Below, piece by piece: positions 19,727-30,306 of a DNA stretch of 64,000 nucleotides. The notes beneath the pieces are model-generated. The model made no database searches. It was not told the origin of the DNA and saw only the letters and a list, made by a program, of their open reading frames with translations. The first letter of the stretch is position 1; every line of letters starts with the position of its first letter. Both the position numbers and the translations under genes were made by a program. Origin of the DNA: Prevotella sp. (GTDB taxonomy: Bacteria; Bacteroidota; Bacteroidia; Bacteroidales; Bacteroidaceae); the NCBI GenBank assembly GCA_017538105.1, contig JAFYJN010000048.1, positions 15,234-79,233 on the forward strand, written 5' to 3'.

Positions 19727-20173
19727 TTACGCAAGCTGCTTACGCTGTGTTTCCTCTATCATCTCGCGAGAGAAGGAGAGCATCTGCTGCTCGCTGACTT
19801 GTGAGCCGAGTGCCTTGGCCTGTCCTGCCAGGAAGTCTTTCAGCATGATGATGCTTTGCTCCTTGGCAAACTGCTCAGAGAAGCATCTCCAGTTGAAACC
19901 ACCCCAGAACTTCTGGGCGATAATCTTTGCTTTCTGCCCATCCCAGCAGAACAGCGTGATGCCGTTGAGGAAGGTGTGGGCATAGCCTTCGCCGATGTGG
20001 TAGTACACCGCCAGTCTCTTGGAGAGGCGGATGGCCCGGTAGTAGGTGTTGCCAGCTGCGCTGGTATAACCGAGGGTGAGATACACGTTCTTCTCAGGAT
20101 TGTAGGTGAGAGAACAGCCTGAGAGGGCGGGGAGTGCCTTTGCGGCAACGAGTGTGAGTTCTGTGCTTGCCAT
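19727..20173 (-). CDS. Hypothetical protein (148 aa), paralogue of 19159-19665
   Basis: Start at MASTELTL, downstream of a TACCTTTG box; shares motifs with its neighbour. Confidence 0.78.
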   Translation of the reverse strand: MASTELTLVAAKALPALSGCSLTYNPEKNVYLTLGYTSAAGNTYYRAIRLSKRLAVYYHIGEGYAHTFLNGITLFCWDGQKAKIIAQKFWGGFNWRCFSEQFAKEQSIIMLKDFLAGQAKALGSQVSEQQMLSFSREMIEETQRKQLA

Positions 20174-20207
20174 AGCGATAATCAGATTAAGGTTACCACC
20201 ACTAAGC

Positions 20208-20295
20208 TTTTGCAGCATCAATCCCGAGGTGGTTTCGAAGATTGACGCTGCAAAGGTACGGCGAAAAAAATGCACAACTATGAAGAATTACTTCA
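20208..20295 (-). promoter_or_regulatory. Promoter of the paralogue-helicase operon: -7 box TACCTTTG (20251-20258) with neighbouring inverted repeats
   Basis: Consensus TAnnTTTG on the minus strand; imperfect hairpin 20208-20254; TGAAG-N5-CTTCA at 20281-20295. Confidence 0.55.
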
Positions 20296-21285
20296 CACTT
20301 TGTACAAATCACACATTCTTTTTGTTTTTTCTGCGAAAAATTCTCTTAGCCACAATGGTTCTATGACTTCTATGGCATCACTATAGGAGAACAAAAGCAT
20401 CTCTAATTCGGTATTGACTTTGAGTCTCAGTTGGAAGAACACATAGCTATCCGTTCCCAACTCTTTAAGTTCTGTCTGAGTCCAGTGAAGTGGTTTGGTC
20501 CTAATATAATCAATGCTATTATTGTTGACTTTCAATACAATGGTCTCCACTTGACGGCCTTTGTAGTCAGAAACGCCGACAATATCGTCAAAGTATTCAT
20601 CAAAATCCAAATCCGTTTCGATATATGGTTTGCTTAAATGCTCTAACCTGACAATTCTGTCAAGCGGATAATTTTGTATTTCCATTCTGTCCTCTGAGTA
20701 TGCGAATACGAACCATCTCCGATTATATTGCCGAAGATGATAGGGGTGAATATTGCCTGCAAACTCATCCTTATTGAACGGCTTATACCACATTTTCAAG
20801 GGATATTTGTGTGTAATGGCTTCGAGGATTGGCTCCACGTAGTCAAGGCCAGCGACTTCATTATTGTTGTCAAAGGACATGAAGTTGAGACCTGTTTCGG
20901 AGATTCCTTTCTGTAGTCCCATTAGATAGAATCTGAGCATATCATAACGTGGATCGCCTTTAAAGAGATTCAGATTCTCAAGAGACTGACGGATAACCTC
21001 CATATCTTGAGAAGTTTGTTGCATAATAGAAAAGGTCGTGTCCTTATATCTCCACAGTCTCTCTCTGCCTCTATGTAGTCCTGTTTCAAATACAGCACTA
21101 TATTTCTCCTCTAATTCTTTCAGATTGTCCCGAAGCTGCCGCTCACTAATATTGTCTATTTGTGTGTCTGTCAAAATATCGTTTAACGTACACCCTTTTG
21201 GAAAGCGGAGCAATTGGTCTAATCGCATGAGGCGAGCAAACTTATCTTGCCCCTCACGCATCGCTGTTTTTTTATTTTTTTTCAT
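20293..21285 (-). CDS. WYL-domain transcriptional regulator (wHTH-WYL-WCX)
   Basis: N-terminal HTH (ISERQLRDNLKEL), HPYHLRQYNRRWFVFA, YPLDRI, KPLHWTQ, LLFSYSDAIEVIEP. Confidence 0.93.
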   Translation of the reverse strand: MKKNKKTAMREGQDKFARLMRLDQLLRFPKGCTLNDILTDTQIDNISERQLRDNLKELEEKYSAVFETGLHRGRERLWRYKDTTFSIMQQTSQDMEVIRQSLENLNLFKGDPRYDMLRFYLMGLQKGISETGLNFMSFDNNNEVAGLDYVEPILEAITHKYPLKMWYKPFNKDEFAGNIHPYHLRQYNRRWFVFAYSEDRMEIQNYPLDRIVRLEHLSKPYIETDLDFDEYFDDIVGVSDYKGRQVETIVLKVNNNSIDYIRTKPLHWTQTELKELGTDSYVFFQLRLKVNTELEMLLFSYSDAIEVIEPLWLREFFAEKTKRMCDLYKV

Positions 21286-21389
21286 AACTTTGCTGTGCAG
21301 AGAATACTACTAATATTTGATTAAGGCATAGTTCTTCAATACAAGTCTTTGAATACTGTGTATTACGGATGCAATTATTTCCCGTGGAA

Positions 21390-23214
21390 TCAATTTCTTT
21401 TTTGCACATTCTTCGCCATCCAATATGATTTTGAAGGGTCATACGGATCAATTATATTCTTAGCTATAAAACAAACTTCCTCTCCTTTACAAAAACTGTC
21501 AAGATAACACTTATACGGCCTTAAGGGCATATGCCAATATTTGTATTTGACATTTTTGAATGTCGTTCCCTTATTATCAACATCTACAATAACGCCATTA
21601 TATAAAGCACCATCTCGCAGTTCTTTACCAATACTATCATCTAGTTCTTTAAGTTCCTGCAAAAAAAGGATTAGCATACGCTCTTGAAAGTGTAACCAAT
21701 CAGAAGCACTTTGCGGTTCAACGGAATCGCCAATAATAAACTGTAAGGCTGTTGCCTTGTCAATTTGGTCATAATTTGTATCAAGTTTATCCTGTTGATG
21801 AGCTTTGCCAAATACGTGACGGATTCTGTCCATAGCTTTTCTAAACATGGTCTTTTTAAAGTACTCGGGTAATTTCTCACCTGCTTTTCCATTTTCCTTT
21901 GACCCTTCCCAATAAAGCAAATAAATTGAGTTAACAAAATTAGGCGCTTTCTTGAGACTATCGCATTTTTCGCTTAAAGCTTGATACAATCTATGAGTAT
22001 CATTTGTTGGATCAAACATATATTTCCCGTGTAGGTTCATCCATCTGTCGTTGATCTTGTAGATAGTATTTGGCTATATCACAAACAATTGTCTCTATAG
22101 AAATAACATCTTCATTAGACATTTTTTCATCATATACCCCAGCTCTAATAAAATCTGCGAAAAAGCGAGATGTAACGTAATACCTATTATTCTCATCAGT
22201 ACAAATAAAACCATATTGCTCTAATGTCACAACTGATCCTGGCTTTTCCGATGCCTTGTACTCCTGCGGAGAAACCGAGAGCATCCGAAGACATTTAATT
22301 TCACTTTCAGTCAAGTTCTTTTCTAATTCTACAAAATGGTTTTTTAATCGATAATATTGAGGGTAATTATCTTCGATATATGTAAAACCTCCAATTTCCT
22401 TTGCAAAACAGGGAACGCCACCAGAGGAAACAAAGACCTTTTCCCATAATGACTCTAAGTGCTTACGCTTAGTGTCATCATCAATTAAACTACATTCATA
22501 GTCCCACATATCATGAAAATCTTCTCTATTTAATGGACATACATCCACATTAAATGTAATTCCATTGAAAACACCAGAACCACGAATATCTTGGTTACAA
22601 GCTAAAATGAATTTTTTCCATGGAGATGCGCCTACAATCCAAAAAGACAGAGAATTAGAATCATTTGTCATCTTACGAATGTGCATAAGACCATTAATAT
22701 TGTCAAATGCCTCAACAGCCTTTTCATATTCATCAAAGACCAACAAAATTGTTTGGCTAATTTGTTTTGAGAATATCTCTATTGCCTCTTCAAAAATCCC
22801 TATTTGGTCTATTTCGTCTTCTATCTTCCCTAGTTGTTTGTATACTTTATTCCATTTCTTATTAGGAATGATAGTAAAGTCATCAATTATAAGTTCTCCT
22901 TCATTGATATACCCATCAGTTAAAAGATTGGCAACTAACTGTGATGTTAAATACCGATAGACATTTGTCGTTCCTGCTATGCCATCAGAATTAATATCAA
23001 TATAAATAGGATAGGCCCTGCGATTTATGTTCTCTTTTTGCAGCGTGATAAAACTTTTCAGCAAACAAGTTTTGCCAAATCTTCTTGCACCGATGATTTC
23101 AACTTGAAGCAACCCTTCTGCAAAATCACATAGTTTTTTCAACTCTTCTTTTCGGCCAAATAGTAATTGGGGGTCTTTAATTTCAGAATTCGCCCTAAAT
23201 GGAGATGTGTTCAT
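21390..23214 (-). pseudogene. AAA/STAND-like P-loop NTPase gene (about 607 aa if repaired) split by a one-base frameshift near 22060
   Basis: ORF 22012-23214 has LFGRKEEL, GARRFGKT and LLVFDEYE. Removing one A from GCC-A-AAT gives DIANTIYKINDRWMNLHGKY, in frame with ORF 21390-22040. The span is 1825 = 3n+1. Two separate overlapping genes remain possible. Confidence 0.68.
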
Positions 23215-26200
23215 TTTTTACTTTTCTTTTTAAATGATGATAGTTGTAATTCAAACTCAAAATGCTCATGGAGCCACCAGCGTCTAAACAAATCTATAGA
23301 GAACCTATAAAAACGCATATTATCAATGTCAGCATATGTTAATGTCTTTCTTTCACATAGAGAATCTATAGCCTCTTTTATGTTGTAATCAGAAATATCC
23401 GTATTTTTTTCAGACCATAATGCTTTTATCTGCTCATAAGTTATGCCTTCTTGAGCATCTAATTCTTTCATTAAGAAAGAGATACTAGTAAGAACGATTT
23501 TGATTTCTTCAGAATCTGTATCTAGAATCTGTGTTTTACTAAATGTTCCGTCATTAAAAGATGGGATAGAGGACATGTTATATGAAGTCTTGTATGGCTC
23601 TCCTGTCATTTTACACACGACAGCTTCCAAATCTTGAATACCAATATCAGGTTTATTATTATCAACACCGTATAAAGCGCAATTCAAGCATAATTTTTGA
23701 ATCCAGAAAGGTACATCTCCAGTTAATCGATGAATTTCACGCATAGCAGCAGGAGAAAAATCCAACTGTCCTTGCATTATATTTATCAACTCTTCCGCAG
23801 CTTCACTTGATATTTCAAACAAAGGTTTGTCTGGTTCTCTTAAATATGTAAAAGCACCCGAGATATTATAGTTGGAATCATGTATAAGTTTTTTTATATC
23901 ATAAGTTCCTGCAAAAATGAAACTAGCTAGGTCTTTATCAGCAGAGATTGTGCGCATGTATTGCAAAAAGGCAGAATTAATATAACCTTTATCTATTATA
24001 TCTTGCATATATGAAAATTCATCAAGCATGAATAGGGGATGGATATTTAATTCCTCCATAGTTAAAATAAACTGGCTAAAATCATCAGGTTTTTCCATGA
24101 CAATTCCAGGCTTGTATTTCGCAATAAATTCTTCTGTTTCTTTATATATGATTTTTATGAATAATTTCCAAAACTGTTCTCTATTTGGAACCAGTCCATA
24201 AATAGCCCCTAAATCAAGAATAAGAGGGAGAATGGTTTTAGTTGAGTTCTCCCCTTCAATTTCAACACCTTCAATCGCTCTTTTTAGATAATCAAGAATG
24301 GAACTTTTACCTGTTCTTGAGAGTCCATACAGCACATATGAATAACGTCTATTAGAAGAAATGTATTGCTCTTTTAATTCACTGACAATACCATCACGGC
24401 CTTTAAACATTTCAATAGGGGGATTGCCACTATCTTTCCATTTTATGTCTGCTTTATTAAATTCAATATCCCTTTTGTTCGTAATAGTAGCACTTGAAAA
24501 TTTTGTTGTTGACCATCTTCCTTGATATCTAGAACTTATTGCAAAATTCAATTCGTAAGTTATGAGCTCTCCCCATTTTTCTTGCGGAATCAAAATATTA
24601 ATTGGCATATTCGAATTTGGTAGAATGTACCTATCGTCACTTTTAATAATACCATCTTTTCTGTTACTCCCAACCCAAATTGCCAATTTATATCCTTCCG
24701 AGATGAGGTTGCTATTATTATATACTATAACATTAATACTTTTGCTGTTATCGCTGTTAACAACATAGTAAGGTGAATCCATTTCAAATGTGAGTAAACA
24801 ACTATCCTTATACTCATCCTGGGCATTCAACTTTGATATAGAGTCTTTCCATGACAATAATAGAGGATAAAAATAGAATCTTCCGATCTTAGTGGCTGTT
24901 GCACCACTATTCCATTTTAAAATATCATCAATCACTAAAAACACATTTGATAAAATGTTTTTTCTTTCGTCCTCATTCTTATTCTGGTATAATGACAGCA
25001 GTGATATTAAATGCTGTATGTCTACAAGACACTTTCTATCTGTGTCATTAAAGAACCGAAGCCGCTTCTCACCCATTAGAGTTGAAAATCTTTTTTTCAG
25101 CAAATTAAATGATGATATATCAAATTCTATTTTCCCGATTTTTTTTAACTGTTGAAAAGAGACTTTGATTCTATTGTATTCGTGTTTTCTCAACACATCA
25201 ACAAAATTTGGATCATTGACATCTCTCTTTTTTAAGGGAGGAGTTAAATTGATAATTTTCTGCTTTATTACAACGCTCCCTTCTACAAAATGAATTAAAG
25301 ATTCTAACAGTATTGATTTCTCTATCAAATCTTCCCAAAGATCATTGCATTGCAACGAGTAGTTTACTAATTTTACTATAATTTCTGCTACGATCGCTTC
25401 TTCATGCGATTCCTTGCAGAATGCGACAAACTTCTCCCATGAGAAATCTAACGTTTATAAAATAAAATCTTTTGACTTAGCGTGTACTATAAACAATGAA
25501 GACAATTCCAATAAAAGACATTTTAACAGCATTTCCGTAGCTGTCTCACAATTTTCATCTTTAATAATCTCAATTGTCTCAAGATGATAATTAATAGCGC
25601 AGTCTTTTATTTTGTTGAGTTGCTCGATAGAAATGTTTTTTATAGAATCACTCTCAATAATAACTTTTTTATATGAATTAAATAAAGAACGGCATTTATA
25701 TATGGAATAATTCGTAATAGAATCTTCTAAATCCTGAATGTCATAGCTTCCAACTGGCATGTTTTTTAATGCCTTTGCAGCCTCTATGTGTATGACATAA
25801 TTCTCTGATGTACTCGCACTTTCAATTAAACGGTTTACGATGTCATTTGAAACCTCCCCATTTAAAGATACTATTTCTGAATCAATAAAAGTATGATGTG
25901 CAATGTCATCATCTATTAAACTCTTATTCGTAAACTTTACGATACTGAACGTGTCTTCCTTTTTCCCCTGATTAGAAGCGTCTGAAATATCTTCTATAGA
26001 TTTATCTATACTATAGTCCTTGACGTTCATCTTTTTTGCGATAGAATTCTGAGGATTAAGCATTAAAGCAATATTTCTAGCACTTTCTGCTTGCTCTCTG
26101 TCCCCAATAAGATGTAGTAGCCTCGCTAATTCTGTATATAAATGGCTGAGATTATTAGATGGCGCATTAATACTTTCGTTAAATGAAATTAATTCGCGAT

Positions 26201-27110
26201 ATGCAGATATTGCTTTCTCATGATCTTTTATAGAAGAGTATAATTGAGCCTTCCTTAACAATAACGCTGATTTTTGCTTTTCATCTTTAGACGAACTGAT
26301 TTCATGCTCAATAAGTTTAAACGCCTTGTCATATTGCTTAAATGATATATATTTATCTAAGTCAGTATCTCCGACTTTCTCGGAAGTCCCTAATAAAGAC
26401 ACCTTGTTACGCAAATCGTTAATGATTTTTTTTGTTGTCTTCCCACTATTATTTTTTCTAAAATAGGCTACTATAGAATTTATAATTGGCTTTCGAGGAC
26501 CTGTCTTTGCTGTAAGTGCCTGAATAAAACGCTCTCTTATTTCCTCGAAAGACATTTGCAGAACAGAAAGATAACAAAAGCCCTTATGTGCCCCCGTATT
26601 ATTAACATTACCACAAAACAGACGCTTCCCTGGGATGCAATTTGCTCGTGAGAAACCAACCATAAATCCCCTATGACAAACAAATGTCTCCCCACTATCA
26701 GCAACAACACTAACTCCAGTAGGAGAAACTTTGTCTACGACTGCATTAGTATTTATATTTGCAGATAAATTGACATGTTCATTTTCGTATATGCTATCAA
26801 ATAGCGAGATGAGAATATCATTATAATCATCCTCGTTAGTTTCTTCATCATTTTGCTCCACTACATCCGCTGACTGTTCATCCGTTTTTTGTATACTTCC
26901 TGATAGAGGATTGTCTATTACAACATCCCATCCTCCCATTAATTGAGGGAAATAACGCCTTTTCACTCCCTTTACTTCCATAAGAAGGAAGGTCTCACCT
27001 ATTTCGAGAATAGTTCCTTTTACTGAATTACCAGTAGTGAGATAAAGATTTATAACATCTCCAATCTGAGCATCTTGCTTTAACAGATTTAAGATACTTG
27101 TAGTTTCCAT
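23211..27110 (-). pseudogene. Large TPR + AAA/STAND-like NTPase gene (1299 codons) interrupted by one in-frame TAA at 25455-25457
   Basis: ORFs 25455-27110 and 23211-25355 share a frame and the 33 codons between are open (KDFIL*TLDFSWEKF...NYSLQCNDLW). FKGRD, GLSRTGKSS and LFMLDEFS motifs; TPR-like repeats in the N-terminal half. Confidence 0.8.
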
Positions 27111-27114
27111 AAGA

Positions 27115-27336
27115 TCATTTGGTGATATTTATATTCCCATTTCTGTTAACGATCAACTCACGCATACCAATTTGTAACAAGTCTGATATTTTAGACAATG
27201 TAAGTAAATCTGGCTGAGTTGTATTTGTACACCATTTGCTGATGGTCACAGGATCTTTGCCCAGTTGCTCTGCAAGCCACTTGTTTGTTTTACCAGAATC
27301 AGCAAGAACTGCTTTTAGTCGATTCAAATTCTCCAT
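27115..27336 (-). CDS. Small XRE-family HTH regulator
   Basis: LNRLKAVLADSGKTNKWLAEQLGKDPVTISKWCTNTTQP. Confidence 0.92.
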   Translation of the reverse strand: MENLNRLKAVLADSGKTNKWLAEQLGKDPVTISKWCTNTTQPDLLTLSKISDLLQIGMRELIVNRNGNINITK

Positions 27337-27625
27337 TCTTTAACTTATTAAATTCTGGGACAAATTTACTAATTTAATTTGATGAATAAATGATTTGACA
27401 GCATAAAATATGACTATCCCTAAAAAGCATTGACAGATTTAGGTGCGGTTAACTAATACATTTTACGACTTTATGTCGGTTCTTGCTTTACAAATATCAA
27501 TCGGTTGACGTTTTTAGTTTACATATTTTATTCGGTGTACTGATAAACACTACCACTCAAACGTAACCCATCCCGTTAGGTCGTAATCCGACAAGTATGT
27601 CATGGACACTTTTTCAAAAATCTTT

Positions 27626-27675
27626 TTAAAAATCAGCTAAAAGGAATTTTATAACTCCTTTTAGATGATTTTTAA
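27626..27675 (-). terminator. Probable terminator after the ABC transporter
   Basis: Inverted repeat TTAAAAATCAGCTAAAAGGA...TCCTTTTAGATGATTTTTAA. Confidence 0.6.
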
Positions 27676-27676
27676 G

Positions 27677-29350
27677 TCAAGGTATCTTCTCCACACGTAG
27701 CGTCTGGTCGCAATAGTCGACTACTGCTGGACGGTGGGTGATGAAAATGATGGTGCGGTCATGAGAGGCGAGGATATTGTGCAACAGTTGTCGCTCAGTG
27801 TCAGGGTCAAGGGCAGACGTAGCCTCGTCAAACAATAATATGGCGCGGTTACGGAGCAAGGCGCGTGCTATGGCGATACGTTGTGCCTGTCCTTCGCTCA
27901 ATCCCCCACCCGACTCGGCGCACGATGTGTCCAGCCCCTCGGGTAAATCAAATACAAAGTCGGCACAGCTCTTATTCAGCGCATCGCGCATCTGCTCCTC
28001 CGTGGCATTGAGTTTTCCCAAACGAAGGTTGTCACGTATAGTACCACTCATGAGCGTGTTGCCCTGTGGTACATACACAAAGTTGCAACGCATTCGCGGC
28101 GTAAGCGTCTTCACCTCGTTGGCATTATATATCTCCACCTTTCCCTCCTGAGGCCGCAGCAGTGCCAAAATAATGCGCACCAGCGTCGTCTTTCCTGATC
28201 CTGTCTCACCGAGGATGGCCGTACAACTGCCTGGGCGGAAATCGAACGTGAGGTGGTCGATTACCTTCCCGTCTTTCTCATCGTATGCATAGCTCACGTC
28301 GCTGAAGCGCACACCACACGGAGCCTTCACGCGGATAGGCGTGCCTTGTTCCTCCAACGGGTTCTCCTCGAGTTCCATCAATCGCTCAGCTGCCGTGAAC
28401 ACTCCCACGAAAGCCGGTACCAATTTGGTAAGGTTGCGGGCCGGTCCCTGTATCTTATTCACCAATTGGAGGAACGCCGTCATGCCGCCAAAGGTAAGCG
28501 TATGCTCTGACAGACGGATGGCACTCCACAGGAAAGCTATGAGATAGCCTAGTGCAAAACCAAAGTTGAGTATGAGGTTCGAGAATACCGAGAACGCCGT
28601 GCGTTTCACCACATGATGGCGCAGTTCACTCTGTGTATTCTCCAGTTTATCGACCATGGCACTGTCACCTTCGAGCGTCTTGATGAGCATGCGGTTCTGT
28701 ATCGTCTCCTGAAGCACGCTCTGTACCTTACTGTCACTGTCACGCACCTGACGGGTCAGCTGGCGCATCTTACGAATGTAAATCTTGCTGACAAGCACGA
28801 ATACCGGTATGATGGCGATGATGACACAGGCCAGCATCTTGTCCATGGAAAAGAGATAAAAGAAGGCACCAAGAAACATTGCCAACACCGAGAGCGCACT
28901 TGGAATGGTCTCCGTCAGAAAACCCACCACATTGCTCACGTCTATCTCCAACCGGTTGAGCACATCTCCACTATGGTGGCTCTCCTTTCCATGCCACTCT
29001 GAACGCAGGATTCTGTCGAGCATGCGCTGCTGCATGCGGTTTTGCGCCCGTATGCCCAAGATGTTGCGCACCCAGATGCTCGCGATGCTCAAGCCGAAAT
29101 CAACGAGCACCAAAGCTCCCATCAGCGCCACAGCCCAATAGATGGACCCCTCGACATAGCCCGACGCCACATCAATGGCATGCTGCACCGCCCACACCGA
29201 AGCCAGGCTGGCTCCAACACCCAGTAGGCCGAGAGTAGCATTGATGCTTGCCTGCAGGCGGTTACCATGCCATGCCCGCCACAACCAACGCAGTATCTGC
29301 CGTGCTGTGTATTTGCTGTCGGGAACGCGGAAATATTCTCGTAGGTTCAA
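27677..29350 (-). CDS. ABC exporter, fused permease/ATP-binding protein
   Basis: Transmembrane domain, GETGSGKTT, LSEGQAQR, LLFDEATSALD, ITHR. Confidence 0.93.
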   Translation of the reverse strand: MNLREYFRVPDSKYTARQILRWLWRAWHGNRLQASINATLGLLGVGASLASVWAVQHAIDVASGYVEGSIYWAVALMGALVLVDFGLSIASIWVRNILGIRAQNRMQQRMLDRILRSEWHGKESHHSGDVLNRLEIDVSNVVGFLTETIPSALSVLAMFLGAFFYLFSMDKMLACVIIAIIPVFVLVSKIYIRKMRQLTRQVRDSDSKVQSVLQETIQNRMLIKTLEGDSAMVDKLENTQSELRHHVVKRTAFSVFSNLILNFGFALGYLIAFLWSAIRLSEHTLTFGGMTAFLQLVNKIQGPARNLTKLVPAFVGVFTAAERLMELEENPLEEQGTPIRVKAPCGVRFSDVSYAYDEKDGKVIDHLTFDFRPGSCTAILGETGSGKTTLVRIILALLRPQEGKVEIYNANEVKTLTPRMRCNFVYVPQGNTLMSGTIRDNLRLGKLNATEEQMRDALNKSCADFVFDLPEGLDTSCAESGGGLSEGQAQRIAIARALLRNRAILLFDEATSALDPDTERQLLHNILASHDRTIIFITHRPAVVDYCDQTLRVEKIP

Positions 29351-29416
29351 TAATTTAAAAATTTAAAAATTAAAAAATTAATCATTCAACACTCAACATT
29401 CAACACTCAACATTCC
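29351..29416. repeat. Intergenic short tandem repeats (AAAATTTA; CAACACT/CAACATT)
   Basis: aatttaaaaatttaaaaattaaaaaatt then ttcaacactcaacattcaacactcaacatt. Confidence 0.8.
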
Positions 29417-29418
29417 AA

Positions 29419-30306
29419 TCACTTCCTTAAGTCGACGCCCCATTGCATCTTTTCACGCAGAGTCTGGAAATACTTCTGTCCATGCCGTTTGATGATACGG
29501 ACAGGATATGCCGCTTTGCGAATGATGAGCGTCTTCCCCTCGTCGCATTTCTCACTACGTCCGTCGATGGCCACGAGGAACTGATGTGTGCGGCTCTCCA
29601 CGCTTACGGAAATTTCACAGTCGTCGGGCAGCACCAACGGCCGCACATTCAGGCTATGAGGAGCCACAGGAGTGAGACAGATAACCCCCGCCTGAGGAGC
29701 CACGATAGGTCCACCATTGGAGAGGGAATAGGCCGTACTTCCCGTCGGCGTGCTCACAACCAATCCGTCGGCCTGATAGGTGGCCAAGTATTCGCCGTTG
29801 ACACAGGTACGTATGCTAATCATCGACGCATTGTCACGTTTAAGCACCGCAATATCGTTGAGAGCAAAGGGATTGCCTGGCAGAGGTGCATCAGGACAGT
29901 CTACACAGAGTACGGCATGCTCCTCGAGCAGGAATTCCCTTTTATAGATGGACCGCAATGCCGACTCTATCTCCGCAGGACTGATGTCAGCGAGAAATCC
30001 CAGACGCCCCATGTTTACACCTACTATGGGGATGCACTTGCTGCCCACACGTGCCGCTGCCTTGAGGAACGTACCGTCGCCCCCCATAGAGATGACGAAA
30101 TCAGCGTCGAAGGCGTCACCCTCGAACACCTCGCACCCCGGCAAGTCGATATGCTGTTCGCTGGTAAGGAACCTATGGTATTCCCTGTCGATGCTCACGA
30201 CTGCTCCCCGTTCCGAGAGGAACGACAGCACTTTCTGTATCGACATCGACTTTTTCGCTTGGTAAACATTACCGAAGATGGCGAAGCGTAATTTGCGCTC
30301 AGGCAT
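29419..30306 (-). CDS. nadK: NAD kinase
   Basis: GGDGTFL, GVNMGRLGFL, ALND, DGLVVSTPTGSTAYSLSNGG. Confidence 0.96.
   Translation of the reverse strand: MPERKLRFAIFGNVYQAKKSMSIQKVLSFLSERGAVVSIDREYHRFLTSEQHIDLPGCEVFEGDAFDADFVISMGGDGTFLKAAARVGSKCIPIVGVNMGRLGFLADISPAEIESALRSIYKREFLLEEHAVLCVDCPDAPLPGNPFALNDIAVLKRDNASMISIRTCVNGEYLATYQADGLVVSTPTGSTAYSLSNGGPIVAPQAGVICLTPVAPHSLNVRPLVLPDDCEISVSVESRTHQFLVAIDGRSEKCDEGKTLIIRKAAYPVRIIKRHGQKYFQTLREKMQWGVDLRK

Noticed and set aside
16231-25457. Stop-codon recoding to explain the internal TAG and TAA
   Set aside because: TAA and TAG end normal genes in this window (for example susC with TAA, tsaB with TAG), and a frameshift lesion also occurs, so decay is simpler.
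14690-27614. TGGACACTTTTT at about 14690 and about 27603 as attachment-site repeats
   Set aside because: Only 12 bp and T-rich, one copy is part of a terminator stem, it would include GH53 in the island, and there is no integrase.
27340-27620. Possible tRNA or integration site at the island's right edge
   Set aside because: No cloverleaf or T-loop consensus was recognised; it looks like an AT-rich promoter region for the XRE gene.
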